Positions 1 to 9,700 of a stretch of DNA of 64,000 nucleotides are shown here, in pieces. Every line of letters begins with the position of its first letter. Positions within the stretch are counted from its first letter, which is position 1. The notes beneath the pieces were generated by a model. It was not told the DNA's origin. It was given only the letters and a program-made list of their open reading frames with translations, and did no database searches. The stretch is from positions 434,001-498,000 of the IMG/VR virus record IMGVR_UViG_3300027749_002876; one strand, 5' to 3'. A program made the position numbers and the translations under genes.

Positions 1-102
1 AAAGAATCAACTACAAGTATGCGTGTGTTTGATTTAGAAAAGAATGAGTGGCGCAGTTTCACTCTTAAAAAAGTAAAACAAGTTAATATCTCTATACCAT
101 GA
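1..102 (+). CDS. 3' end of a WYL-like/SH3-fold phage protein (DUF2693-like), partial
   Basis: Frame 1 reads KESTTSMRVFDLEKNEWRSFTLKKVKQVNISIP*; VFDLEKxxWRSF is typical of this family; stop overlaps the next ATG (ATGA). Confidence 0.55.
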   Translation, partial: KESTTSMRVFDLEKNEWRSFTLKKVKQVNISIP

Positions 103-1427
103 ATGACTTTGAGCAAGGTAACATTCACTATATGGCTAAAGAATATTATGAAGCCACAGAATGTTATAAAAGATTTTTACAACAAGAGCCAGAAAATTAT
201 GTAGCATTACATAATCTTGGTATCGCTCTTTGTCAACTAGGACAGGATCAAGAAGCATTAGAATGTTTTGAATTACCTTGTAAACATGATTATGCAGAGA
301 GTTGGCTTAGTCGCGGTACCGCCTTGCGTAATCTGGGTAGATACAAAGAAGCATTAATTACCTTTGCACATACATTTGCATTGGATCCTAAACATCCCAC
401 TGCATACAGTAACTACGGGAATACATTACGTGAGTTTGGATTACCTGAACTTGCTGTACCATTCTTAAAAATAGCACAAGAACTAAAACCAAATGATGTA
501 AACTATGAATTGAATGAATCAGTGTGTCATTTGATGAAAGGTGATTTAGTTGAAGGTTGGAAAAAATACAATGCTCGTTGGTATTATCAAAGTGATATCA
601 GTTTTAAACCTAATTTACCCGGTCCCGAATATGATGGTTCACAAGACATTGTGAATAAAAGAGTATTGGTATATTATGAACAAGGGTTTGGTGATAGCAT
701 ACAATTTATTCGTTTCATTAACGTATTAAAACAAAAAGGTGCTATCGTTTTATTGATAACTAAACCTCAATTGTATGATTTGTTTAAGTTTAATTTTCCT
801 GATTTGTTAGTATTAAATGCAGATGAACACTTACCTGTATATAATTTTCATGTAGCACTGATGGATCTTCCCAAATGCTTTGGTACTACAATTAATACTA
901 TACCTAGTCCATCTGCATATTTGGATGTAGATGAAGGAATGAAACAAACATGGAAACAACTATTAGGCCCTAAAACAAAGAAACGTATTGGGTTACTATC
1001 TAGTCCAAATAAGGTTGCATTCATATCTCGTTTTCGTAGGATAGAGTTAGAAAAGTTATTGTCAATTGTAAGTGATGAATATGAATTCGTTAGTCTATCA
1101 TATGAAGTAGATGAACAAATATTAGAATTGTTAGCAAAATACAATGTTAAAACATTCCATGAAAATATATCAGGCTTCTACAATACAGCAGGATTGATTA
1201 GCCAATTAGATTTAGTGATATCAATTGATACCGTTATACCACACTTATCCGGAGCACTTGGTATACCCACATGGGTGATGTTAACTGATTACGGTTGTGA
1301 TTGGCGATGGTTTATGAACCGAAATGATAGCCCATTCTACAGTTGTATGAGGTTGTTCCGTCAAACAAATGGTACATGGGATACTGTACTAGAATCTATA
1401 AAACTAGAACTACAAAATTTTAGTTGA
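99..1427 (+). CDS. TPR-repeat protein fused to a GT-B (GT9-like) glycosyltransferase domain
   Basis: N-terminal TPR helices (ALHNLGIAL, AYSNYGNTL); C-terminal EQGFGDSIQFIRF, DLVISIDT-HLSGALG-PTWVML, DWRW motifs. Confidence 0.85.
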   Translation: MNDFEQGNIHYMAKEYYEATECYKRFLQQEPENYVALHNLGIALCQLGQDQEALECFELPCKHDYAESWLSRGTALRNLGRYKEALITFAHTFALDPKHPTAYSNYGNTLREFGLPELAVPFLKIAQELKPNDVNYELNESVCHLMKGDLVEGWKKYNARWYYQSDISFKPNLPGPEYDGSQDIVNKRVLVYYEQGFGDSIQFIRFINVLKQKGAIVLLITKPQLYDLFKFNFPDLLVLNADEHLPVYNFHVALMDLPKCFGTTINTIPSPSAYLDVDEGMKQTWKQLLGPKTKKRIGLLSSPNKVAFISRFRRIELEKLLSIVSDEYEFVSLSYEVDEQILELLAKYNVKTFHENISGFYNTAGLISQLDLVISIDTVIPHLSGALGIPTWVMLTDYGCDWRWFMNRNDSPFYSCMRLFRQTNGTWDTVLESIKLELQNFS

Positions 1428-1453
1428 CATAAATACGTTTCCTATGCTATAAT
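1424..1453 (+). promoter_or_regulatory. sigma70-type promoter, probably giving a leaderless mRNA
   Basis: TTGACA 1424-1429, 18-nt spacer, TATAAT 1448-1453; ATG at 1461. Confidence 0.75.
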
Positions 1454-1460
1454 ATGCATT

Positions 1461-1619
1461 ATGAAACGAAAAATCTTATCTTTTACTGTTGAACAGCCCA
1501 AACATCGGGCCCACAAAGTGTTGTTTTCTAGCAACACTCCGTTCAAACCTAAGGTCGTACAGTCCAAAAAAGGTCTGTACATTCGTAAACCCAAACATCC
1601 AAAACTCAACGAAATTTGA
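1461..1619 (+). CDS. ArfA-like (alternative ribosome-rescue factor) small basic protein, 52 aa, not in the ORF track
   Basis: Hand translation MKRKILSFTVEQPKHRAHKVLFSSNTPFKPKVVQSKKGLYIRKPKHPKLNEI; resembles the ArfA core LF-R-V-KKGKGSY-RK-KH. Confidence 0.55.
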   Translation: MKRKILSFTVEQPKHRAHKVLFSSNTPFKPKVVQSKKGLYIRKPKHPKLNEI

Positions 1620-1659
1620 CAACAAATGGTGTTGGGTATATAATAGAGTCTTATTCAGT
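1616..1659 (+). promoter_or_regulatory. early promoter-leader repeat copy
   Basis: TTGACA 1616-1621, 17 nt, TATAAT 1639-1644, leader AGAGTCTTATTCAGT. Confidence 0.85.
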
Positions 1660-1673
1660 CAAAAGGAGTTCAA

Positions 1674-1949
1674 ATGAACATCAAGCAAATTAATACTGCT
1701 ATCATGCAGGGTGACTTCACTAACGAAGAATTGAATAGCATCGGTGATGCAATGCGTTTTGCCCGTGCCCAACTAGTAGTACGAAACAAATCGGCATTGA
1801 CGATCGGTTCCAATGTGAAATTCACAAGTTCAACCCGTGGTACAATCTCCGGTGTTGTAAAGAAAATCAATCGTAAATTTATTATTGTAGATCAGCCGGG
1901 TCAGTTCCGTAGTTGGAAAGTGCCCGCTAACATGTTGGAGGTATTGTAA
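1674..1949 (+). CDS. hypothetical early protein (possible SH3-like C-terminus)
   Basis: 91 aa; AAGGAG RBS; own promoter. Confidence 0.75.
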   Translation: MNIKQINTAIMQGDFTNEELNSIGDAMRFARAQLVVRNKSALTIGSNVKFTSSTRGTISGVVKKINRKFIIVDQPGQFRSWKVPANMLEVL

Positions 1950-2122
1950 TGAGCAAGATGGCTAATCTGTATATGGAGATTGAGGAAATGCTTGACAAAG
2001 GCACACATCCTGCAACTATCTCCGCGGTGCTTGATGTACCGGTGATTTTTATCTATGATGTAGTAGAATCTATTGAAGGTCAGACTGAAGAATTTAGTCC
2101 TTTTAGGACAATAAATTCTTAA
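1949..2122 (+). CDS. hypothetical protein, 57 aa
   Basis: TAATG overlap with upstream stop; MSKMANLYMEIEEMLDKG... fills the gap to the next promoter. Confidence 0.6.
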   Translation: MSKMANLYMEIEEMLDKGTHPATISAVLDVPVIFIYDVVESIEGQTEEFSPFRTINS

Positions 2123-2127
2123 AAAGG

Positions 2128-2171
2128 TTGACAATAAATCGGTTTGGGTATACAATAGAATCTTAGACAGT
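2128..2171 (+). promoter_or_regulatory. early promoter-leader repeat copy
   Basis: TTGACA 2128-2133, 17 nt, TACAAT 2151-2156, leader AGAATCTTAGACAGT. Confidence 0.85.
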
Positions 2172-2188
2172 AAAGAAAAGGAATAGAA

Positions 2189-2320
2189 ATGTACAAAGCA
2201 AATGGTTATTTGTTTAGAAGTGTTGAAGCACTAGGTGAATACTTAAAGATTCATTCTGGCAAAGATATTGTTGTCACCTATGTCACCGAGTATTTTCTTG
2301 GTGACCCGATGGAACAATAA
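2189..2320 (+). CDS. hypothetical protein, 43 aa
   Basis: AAAGGA RBS; MYKANGYLFRSVEALGEYL...; lies exactly between two promoter copies. Confidence 0.55.
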   Translation: MYKANGYLFRSVEALGEYLKIHSGKDIVVTYVTEYFLGDPMEQ

Positions 2321-2321
2321 C

Positions 2322-2365
2322 TTGACAATAAATGGATTTGGTGTTATAATAGAATCTTAGACAGT
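2322..2365 (+). promoter_or_regulatory. early promoter-leader repeat copy
   Basis: TTGACA 2322-2327, 17 nt, TATAAT 2345-2350, leader AGAATCTTAGACAGT. Confidence 0.9.
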
Positions 2366-2382
2366 AAAGAAAAGGAAACAAA

Positions 2383-2799
2383 ATGGCTTATATGAATCAG
2401 GAACGCAAAGCAAAGATTACTAAAATGCTTAAGCCCATAATGGCTAAGTACAAAGTTAAAGGCTCACTGAGTGTCCGCAATCATAGTACTATTGTATTAA
2501 CGCTCAAATCGGGTGCTATTGACTTTATTGGCAACAGTAATCGGGTTTGCGGTAATGACTTTTATCAGGTACAACGTGGCTTCAAACCTACTACAAATGG
2601 TTACGATCAGGTGAATCCTTACTGGTTTCAGGATCACTATGATGGCAAGGCTAAATCTTTCTTAACTGAAGCATTCAAAGCATTGAAGTCGGCCGATTGG
2701 TATGACGAATCCGATGCAATGATTGACTATTTCAACACTGCCTACTATGTCGATGTTAACATTGGCAAATGGGACAAGCCCTATAGTTTGGAAAAATAA
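2383..2799 (+). CDS. conserved phage hypothetical protein
   Basis: 138 aa; RBS and own promoter; DWYDESD-MIDYF-AYY-VNIGKW motif. Confidence 0.8.
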   Translation: MAYMNQERKAKITKMLKPIMAKYKVKGSLSVRNHSTIVLTLKSGAIDFIGNSNRVCGNDFYQVQRGFKPTTNGYDQVNPYWFQDHYDGKAKSFLTEAFKALKSADWYDESDAMIDYFNTAYYVDVNIGKWDKPYSLEK

Positions 2800-2901
2800 A
2801 TGTTAGAAAAAATCTTTACATTTATTGGTACCCACGCTGAATCAATCGGCTGGCTATCGCTAGTCTTAATAGGTCTTTCACTATTGTGGAAGAACAACTA
2901 A
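2800..2901 (+). CDS. small membrane peptide, 33 aa
   Basis: MLEKIFTFIGTHAESIGWLSLVLIGLSLLWKNN abuts upstream stop. Confidence 0.4.
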   Translation: MLEKIFTFIGTHAESIGWLSLVLIGLSLLWKNN

Positions 2902-2919
2902 TAATGGGTAACACAATGG

Positions 2920-2948
2920 TTGACAACAATGTCCGTTTGTGTTATCAT
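2920..2948 (+). promoter_or_regulatory. sigma70-type promoter
   Basis: TTGACA 2920-2925, 17 nt, TATCAT 2943-2948. Confidence 0.7.
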
Positions 2949-3012
2949 TATAACAGTGCTGAGAAGTTATCGGCACATTTTTTAAACTTAGCTTTTATTT
3001 AAAGGAAACACA

Positions 3013-3393
3013 ATGGCTAATTCTAATCAAACTTTCAAAATCGCTGGTATTACTATTCACAATGGTAACGCTAAAGTTCGTTTCACAGATGACATGGTCC
3101 GTCGTATCAAGCAGTTCACTAAAGGTGGTGCTTCACGTGTGGACTTTGTTGAGCTACCTTCAGAAATGACTAAGGTAGAAGCATTGAAGTATCTTGCTAC
3201 ATTACCTGAGTTTGCTAGCGCAAGCGATCAGGCAACTATCAGTGATACACTAGAAGATAAAACTAAAGAGGCAAGTAAAGGTGAAGTTAAAGTAAAAGCT
3301 TCCAAAACAAAGCCAAGCATTGATGCAATTAAAGCACGTGCTAAAAAATCACAAGTGTCCGCAGAAGATGTATTGTCTGCTATTGCTGAATAA
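3013..3393 (+). CDS. hypothetical protein
   Basis: 126 aa; AAAGGA RBS. Confidence 0.75.
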   Translation: MANSNQTFKIAGITIHNGNAKVRFTDDMVRRIKQFTKGGASRVDFVELPSEMTKVEALKYLATLPEFASASDQATISDTLEDKTKEASKGEVKVKASKTKPSIDAIKARAKKSQVSAEDVLSAIAE

Positions 3394-3418
3394 TTAATAG
3401 GGCTTAGGCCCTCTTACT

Positions 3419-3631
3419 ATGAACATGAATTTATCTACATTTCGCCGCTCATTTAATCCTCGTAGAGAATTTAATCCAGCAAATAAAAAAGATTTGCTAG
3501 AATTTAAATACTTTAAACAGAAAGGCAAATGGAAGAATGGTTGTCCATTCTATTTAGAGGATCCATTCGTTGAGATTCCGGCAATGTGTGAAAACAAATT
3601 CACAACTTATATGCTAGAGAAGATGAAATAA
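3419..3631 (+). CDS. hypothetical protein
   Basis: 70 aa ORF ending at a terminator. Confidence 0.65.
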   Translation: MNMNLSTFRRSFNPRREFNPANKKDLLEFKYFKQKGKWKNGCPFYLEDPFVEIPAMCENKFTTYMLEKMK

Positions 3632-3657
3632 AAATGCCCCTTAATTGGGGCATTTTT
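3630..3657. terminator. bidirectional intrinsic terminator between convergent genes
   Basis: AAAAATGCCCC-TTAATT-GGGGCATTTTT perfect inverted repeat. Confidence 0.85.
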
Positions 3658-4492
3658 ATGGGTTATTAACTGATTTGATAATCCAGTAATCATCGCTCAT
3701 TGATGGACTGATGATATCAAATGGCATATAGAAATATCCATTATCACCCCAATTAGTTCCCCAACTGTTTCTTGCAATCAATACTTTTTTACTTTTATTG
3801 TATCCAACAATCAATACAGCATGACCACCTAATAGTACTTCACGTTTTGTATTTGGATAAGGCATGACACCTGTTCTAGCAACATTATTTGACATAAAAC
3901 TTGTATAGACATTGAAACCCATAATGATTGGATATCCATTTGACAATGCATCTATAAAGCCTTCTAAATCGGCTATACGTTCATAGCGAGTTACCTTACG
4001 ATTTAGTGCATCATTTTTTGCTTCAATGATTGGTTCATACCTGTATTTCTTAATATCATACGGCCAATAACTTTCTAAGCTTGCTCCATATTTATTAGTT
4101 GCTTTGATACCATCACGTATATAAGCACCGCTATCATAATTAACTGTACCTAATATTAATCGTTCATAATAGTATATGAACAGTCTACTGATATCCCTAT
4201 AGTTGCCATTGCGTTTGTTTAATAATTCTATTGCGCCGGCAATTGCCTGTCCAGTACAGCTTCCAAGACTACCTTGATTTTCGATTGGACTACAATAATT
4301 TCTTAAATCAATACTATTAGGACTTGTCTTTGTTGTTAGTTGGTATTTGTAATCTCTACTATCTAATTTATCAGGTACCCATTGCAAATTGAGTTTGTTT
4401 GCAAGTGTCCTAACTTTGATTTTTTTAGTGACAGGCTTATTAAAGGTATGATCCTCGTCCGTGTTTATAATCGTGCGAGGATCTTGCTTCAT
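3656..4492 (-). CDS. papain-family (C1) cysteine protease
   Basis: QGSLGSCTG (catalytic Cys), GGHAVLIVGY (His), RNSWG (Asn). Confidence 0.9.
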   Translation of the reverse strand: MKQDPRTIINTDEDHTFNKPVTKKIKVRTLANKLNLQWVPDKLDSRDYKYQLTTKTSPNSIDLRNYCSPIENQGSLGSCTGQAIAGAIELLNKRNGNYRDISRLFIYYYERLILGTVNYDSGAYIRDGIKATNKYGASLESYWPYDIKKYRYEPIIEAKNDALNRKVTRYERIADLEGFIDALSNGYPIIMGFNVYTSFMSNNVARTGVMPYPNTKREVLLGGHAVLIVGYNKSKKVLIARNSWGTNWGDNGYFYMPFDIISPSMSDDYWIIKSVNNP

Positions 4493-4495
4493 ATT

Positions 4496-5233
4496 TTATA
4501 AACCAAATCTTGCTTTGTTAGCATTCCAGCTGGTAGTAACTCCTGACTGACCAATAGCATTATCATATACTTTGACAATGGCCAATCGGCCGCCCCAGAA
4601 CCCACCTGAATCCCAACGAGTCATCAATCCATACCCGATTCCAGGGTTGGCAGCGGCACCGGGTGGAGCATTGGCCGTCTGTACCAGGGTGTTGTTTACA
4701 TACAAGTTGAGAGTAGTGCCATTAAATGTGCCCACAATCTGATACCAGGCACCGGGTGTTAGTGAGTACCCAGACGGAGTAGTTTGAAATCCCGCACTAT
4801 AATACCATGCCTGTAAATCAGTATCAGCACCGTTGGCACCCAGTCCAAGATTGATAGTGCCGCCGCCGTATGGGTATTCTGTGAATATGTTGGGGCCAGC
4901 AGAAGTATTAGTACCATCATAGTAATGCCACGCTTCAATACTCCAGTTAGCAAGTGTACCTAAGTTTGTAGGGCTGGCTGCATACTGTCCTGAACCAGGA
5001 TCGAACTGTATGTATCCACCGTTGGCACTGTTGTATGTGGGACCATTAACAAGAGTAAATGTCATTGATCCAATGGTGTCAGTCCAGGTAGAGTAGCCCC
5101 CTGCTCCAGGATAACTTGCAGGGTTGCCTGCATCTAAACTCAACAATAAGTTCGCAACAGGGCCTGCGCTACCTATGTCGATACCGCCCCCGATATCTAT
5201 TCCTTCGCCTATTCTTATTCCCGGTGCTACCAT
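4496..5233 (-). CDS. LamG/concanavalin-A-like domain protein with Gly-patterned N-terminal leader
   Basis: LLLSLDAGNPASYPG, WSIEAW, WYQIVGTFNGTTLNLYVNN, WNANKARFGL; N-term GIRIGEGIDIGGGIDIG. Confidence 0.85.
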   Translation of the reverse strand: MVAPGIRIGEGIDIGGGIDIGSAGPVANLLLSLDAGNPASYPGAGGYSTWTDTIGSMTFTLVNGPTYNSANGGYIQFDPGSGQYAASPTNLGTLANWSIEAWHYYDGTNTSAGPNIFTEYPYGGGTINLGLGANGADTDLQAWYYSAGFQTTPSGYSLTPGAWYQIVGTFNGTTLNLYVNNTLVQTANAPPGAAANPGIGYGLMTRWDSGGFWGGRLAIVKVYDNAIGQSGVTTSWNANKARFGL

Positions 5234-5270
5234 GTTATACCCTTTTGTCTATTTAACTTATAACTAACTT

Positions 5271-6776
5271 TTATAGTTTTGTATAACCATAACTAACAAC
5301 AGCGTTAGCACCGCTGTTGTTAGTGATACCAAATGTAAATACATTGGCTGTGTTGCCTGAGTAAGGTGCCGCATTGCTAATTACACCCTGTGTTCCAACA
5401 AACTGATTTGGTATTGATGTAAGTACTAATGCATTTCCTGCTAAATAATACCAACCATATTGTTCACCTAGCACTGGTACATTTGTATTTGTAACGACCG
5501 CAGTAGCAGTATATGTTATAATACCGTTTGGAATATTACCGTTAATCCAAATTGAGTAAGTGCCACTTGTTGGAACATTAATATTCGCTGTGTTAACTCC
5601 AGGTGTAAGTGTCCAATTACCTGTTGTTTGTGTAGGAATACCAGTAAGTTGACTTCCATTACCAATAAAGTTGTTAGCAGTCACATTCCCTGCAACGCTT
5701 ATTGTGTTACCGTATGTAACTTCTTTGCTAGTAGCATTGTAGAACATAACTTCAGCAATATTTGAAGTATCATTGCGGACTGGTGATACTGTGAATGTAT
5801 TGGCTGTTGTTTGATCCAACGGATTACCAGTAGCATTCAATATGATTGAATTGTTGCCTTGATTAACGTTACCAGCTTTTGCACCAATTGCTATAGATTG
5901 CTGACCTTGGCCTTGATTACCGGCCTTAAAGCCAATAGCTATTGCTTCAATACCTTGTATATTAGCTCCAGTGTCTGTACCAATGGCCACTGCGGCTTGG
6001 CCTTGACCATTACCACCAGCACCTGCTCCAATTGCTATTGAAATAAAACCCTGGTTGTTTTCGCCTGCGTCAATTCCAATTGCTACTGCACTATTGCCTT
6101 GCGTGTTTGAGCCAGCATTTTGACCTATAGCTAGTTTTGTAGGCCCATTAGTATTGTTAATATTACCAATATTAGCCCAGTCCGTGTTACCACCAAAGCC
6201 ACCTGTATAAGCAGTGGTTTGAACTGAACTATCAGGGAATGATATACTACCGTTAGCATTAAAGTCCCATAGATTAGGACCACTGTTGCCACCATTTTGT
6301 CCTACTGCTATTCTAACAATACCTGACCCTACTGTAGGATTGGTATATACTGCCGCTATGTTACTACTGCCGATACCGCCGATATTTTCTACCCAGAGAC
6401 TTGATGTACCACCGTTACTACCACTTGATATTGATAGTAATGGTAGATCAGGATTCGATTGTAATAATGCAACATTTGATCCAAATACACTAGTGTTGCC
6501 TGTTATTACAAGATTACCCGGGATAGTTAAGTTACCAGTATTGTCAAAACTCCAAGTGCTTGTATTAGCAGTAATTTGAGTTGTATTAGGAGAAGTAATA
6601 CTTACCGAAACATTACCTTGGAGCACGAGGCTAGTATCTTCATAAACTGATGAATCACCGGACCAAGTAATACTTTGAGATATGTTCATAGCATATACAT
6701 TTGCGATATTACCCGTAATGTTTCCTGCTGTAGTAAATCCACCGTCTGATGTGATTGGTATTAAATTTGCTGACAT
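5271..6776 (-). CDS. tail-fibre/adhesin-like protein with YadA-head-like 14-aa repeats
   Basis: G/N/T-rich; tandem AIAIG-xAG-xxQG repeats; WSFDNTGNLTIP motif shared with the next gene. Confidence 0.7.
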   Translation of the reverse strand: MSANLIPITSDGGFTTAGNITGNIANVYAMNISQSITWSGDSSVYEDTSLVLQGNVSVSITSPNTTQITANTSTWSFDNTGNLTIPGNLVITGNTSVFGSNVALLQSNPDLPLLSISSGSNGGTSSLWVENIGGIGSSNIAAVYTNPTVGSGIVRIAVGQNGGNSGPNLWDFNANGSISFPDSSVQTTAYTGGFGGNTDWANIGNINNTNGPTKLAIGQNAGSNTQGNSAVAIGIDAGENNQGFISIAIGAGAGGNGQGQAAVAIGTDTGANIQGIEAIAIGFKAGNQGQGQQSIAIGAKAGNVNQGNNSIILNATGNPLDQTTANTFTVSPVRNDTSNIAEVMFYNATSKEVTYGNTISVAGNVTANNFIGNGSQLTGIPTQTTGNWTLTPGVNTANINVPTSGTYSIWINGNIPNGIITYTATAVVTNTNVPVLGEQYGWYYLAGNALVLTSIPNQFVGTQGVISNAAPYSGNTANVFTFGITNNSGANAVVSYGYTKL

Positions 6777-6797
6777 TTTTATTTTTCCTTATTCTTA

Positions 6798-9700
6798 TTA
6801 ATCTTGTGGTATACCAAACTCTGTTGCATCGTATGTTATATAAGCTGGTTTAGAGCCTGAGTTAATTGTTAATGTAATCTGCATAACACCTGAACCATTC
6901 AAGTTAACCAACACAGTAGTATCTGTGATTGTAGGTGGCTTAAGTCTATTACTTACTGAGTAATAAGTATCACTACCTGTATAGGTCGCTGACACATCAA
7001 ACATCTCAATTCTGAATCCTGAGTGTTGAACTTGAACCGTTACTTTCATTGAAGTTATTGCACTACTAGTTGCAGTGTACACTACAGTTGGGTCCGGGAA
7101 AGCACTATTAATAATTGCGCTCCAATGGTATGGTGGAATAATCTTACGCTGACTACGGATTGTAGTCTGCTCGGTCAATCCAACATCTAATACAGTAACT
7201 GGTAAGGTCAAGTTACCATCTGCACCAAATGTCCAACCTTGAGTTGTTCCACCAGTATTAGCACTAATATACACATCTGTATTAGCATACAGTTGTATCG
7301 TGTCTTTCTGAAGGTACAAGGCTGTTGTATCATTATTAGTAGTACCAAGATATGCTGTGTTAGGGCCATCAGTAACCATATCAAGTCGAGAATACCCTGC
7401 TCCAACTATAGCTTTTGGTACAGTCAAGTTACCATCAGAAACAAAGTTCCATATATGGAATGTAGACGGGCTAACTGAAGTAATAGCTACATTAGCCGGT
7501 ATAGTAGTACCTACTACTGAAGGGAATACCCAATCACCTACTACAGTATTTCCATTACTATCACATGGTCGAAGTGAAAATGTATTTGGACTACCTGGGA
7601 ATTGTACATATACATAAGTGTTAAGTTGCGTGGTGCTACCATTAGACCATGTTGTAGCAACTATTGTTTCTGGCGCTATGCCGGCTGTAACTAATGCATT
7701 ATATAAAGTACTATCAGTAAATATAATTTTTGTAAATCCAGTATTGTTATATGTATTACCAACTATTGATCCAGGACTTGCTACCACTGCATTAGCTAAG
7801 TCACTAACTTGTATAGTAACTCCACCGTCGTAACTTACTTCTGCATTATTTTTTATAGTGCTGTTAGCTGGTAATGTTAAGTTACCATCCACACCAAATG
7901 TCCACTGTGCTGAGTTGCTGATGAAATCAGAAGTACCAATTTTTACGTTGCCGTCAGCTTCCAGTTTTACAAACTTGCTGTCGTCGCCAAAGTATTGATC
8001 GTAATAACGGTTGTTGCCCGTATCTAAATGTATGTGTGAAGCAACATCACCACCACGAACTCTTAAGTATTGTAGATTTGCTGTGCTGTCTAGTCCAGGA
8101 GCTAGATACAATCCGCCACTGCCATCATTGCTTCCGGTGCCTACTACCACTTGGTCGTCAAATGTCACATTACCTGTGTTAGCACCACCGCCTCCACCAT
8201 ATGGGCTACCATTAGCATAGTTGATGCTAGGAGTTCCTGTGGGTAATGTTAGATTACCATCTATGCCAAATTTCCACTCATTATCGGTTGATGTGTTATT
8301 ATTAAAATGCCGTATCGTAAATCCTACATTACTGGTATATGCCCAAGTATAATAATCACTACCATCGTAGGGATTACCATTTCCTATGTTGCCATTCCAA
8401 TATAATTGTGCAAATCTGGTGTTCCCACCGGCATTCAAACTTGCGACATTACTAGAGTCCGAAATAGTGGCATCATTTGGTAATGTTAAGTTACCATCTC
8501 CGCCAAATGTCCAAACACCACCTTGAGTATTAGTATTAACATCCCAAGACTGTATATAAACATTGCCGTCCCAACTTGTCATTACATTAGATTGCTCGTC
8601 TTTACCTAATATAAGATTTGCACTTGCGCTAGCAACAAGGTGAATGTCTGGACCAGATGATATGAAGATATCTAAATATGAACCAGCGTTAGCAGGATCT
8701 GGTTGTAAGTTTAAGTTACCTGTGCCAATGATATTAATGTCATTGAATGTGATATTACCTGTGTTAGCATTGCCACCACCGCCATATGGACTACCATTAG
8801 CGTAATTGATACTTGATGTATTACTTGGTAATGTTAGATTGCCGTCACCGCCAAATGTCCAAGCATTACCGTTTGAAATAATAGATGAATTGTTTGCTAT
8901 GGTTCCAATATAAAGTGCTTCAGCAAGTGTACCTGAATTTGCAACTTGTAGCAACAACTCTGTGCCCGGAATTAAAGTTAGTGGATCAGTACTTGGTGTA
9001 AAGTTACCAGTGTAAACTGCTGTACCAACAACATAACGCATATTTGTTATTAAACCAACGTACTGCGAATTTATACTTTCAGTACCTGTTGTACCATCTA
9101 CTGTTGGGCTACCGATGCTTAGGAAATAACCGTTTGCAGGATCGTAAGCAATATCATCTGGTATGGAAACAGAATTAAATGCTACACCGTCCTGATAGAT
9201 AGTTACTGTACCTGATGAACGAACTACAGCAATATGTTGCCAAACGTTTAATGTATTATTCCAACCAGAGAAGGGATTATAACCAGATTGTGTCTGTATT
9301 GCTATATTGTTAGAGCCACCTTCAAATAACCCCACTAACAAACTATTAATGTTACCACAGCAAATACCAAGACTGAATGGTCTTGGATATCCATGACCAT
9401 CGCTAGTTACATATTGATACCATTCAATGGTAAAGTCACCTGTGCCAGGAGCAAATCTTGCTTCATTGGGTACTACTAAGAAATGATTTAATTCGTCACC
9501 TGCGAATTCTAAACTACCACCACTACTTAATGGAGAAGCACTATTATAGGCAACGTTGCCTATATTGTTCATTGTGACAGATATATTTCCTGTAGTACTA
9601 GAATAAGGTAATGTTAGGTTACCATCTGTGCCAAATGCCCATTGATTGCTGTTAGTTCTGTCACTGACAACAAAATTATTATCACCATTTCCAAGAATAC

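Noticed and set aside
3399-3412. AGGGC-TTAG-GCCCT hairpin as terminator
   Set aside because: Short stem and no real U tract; kept only as a possible processing or stability hairpin
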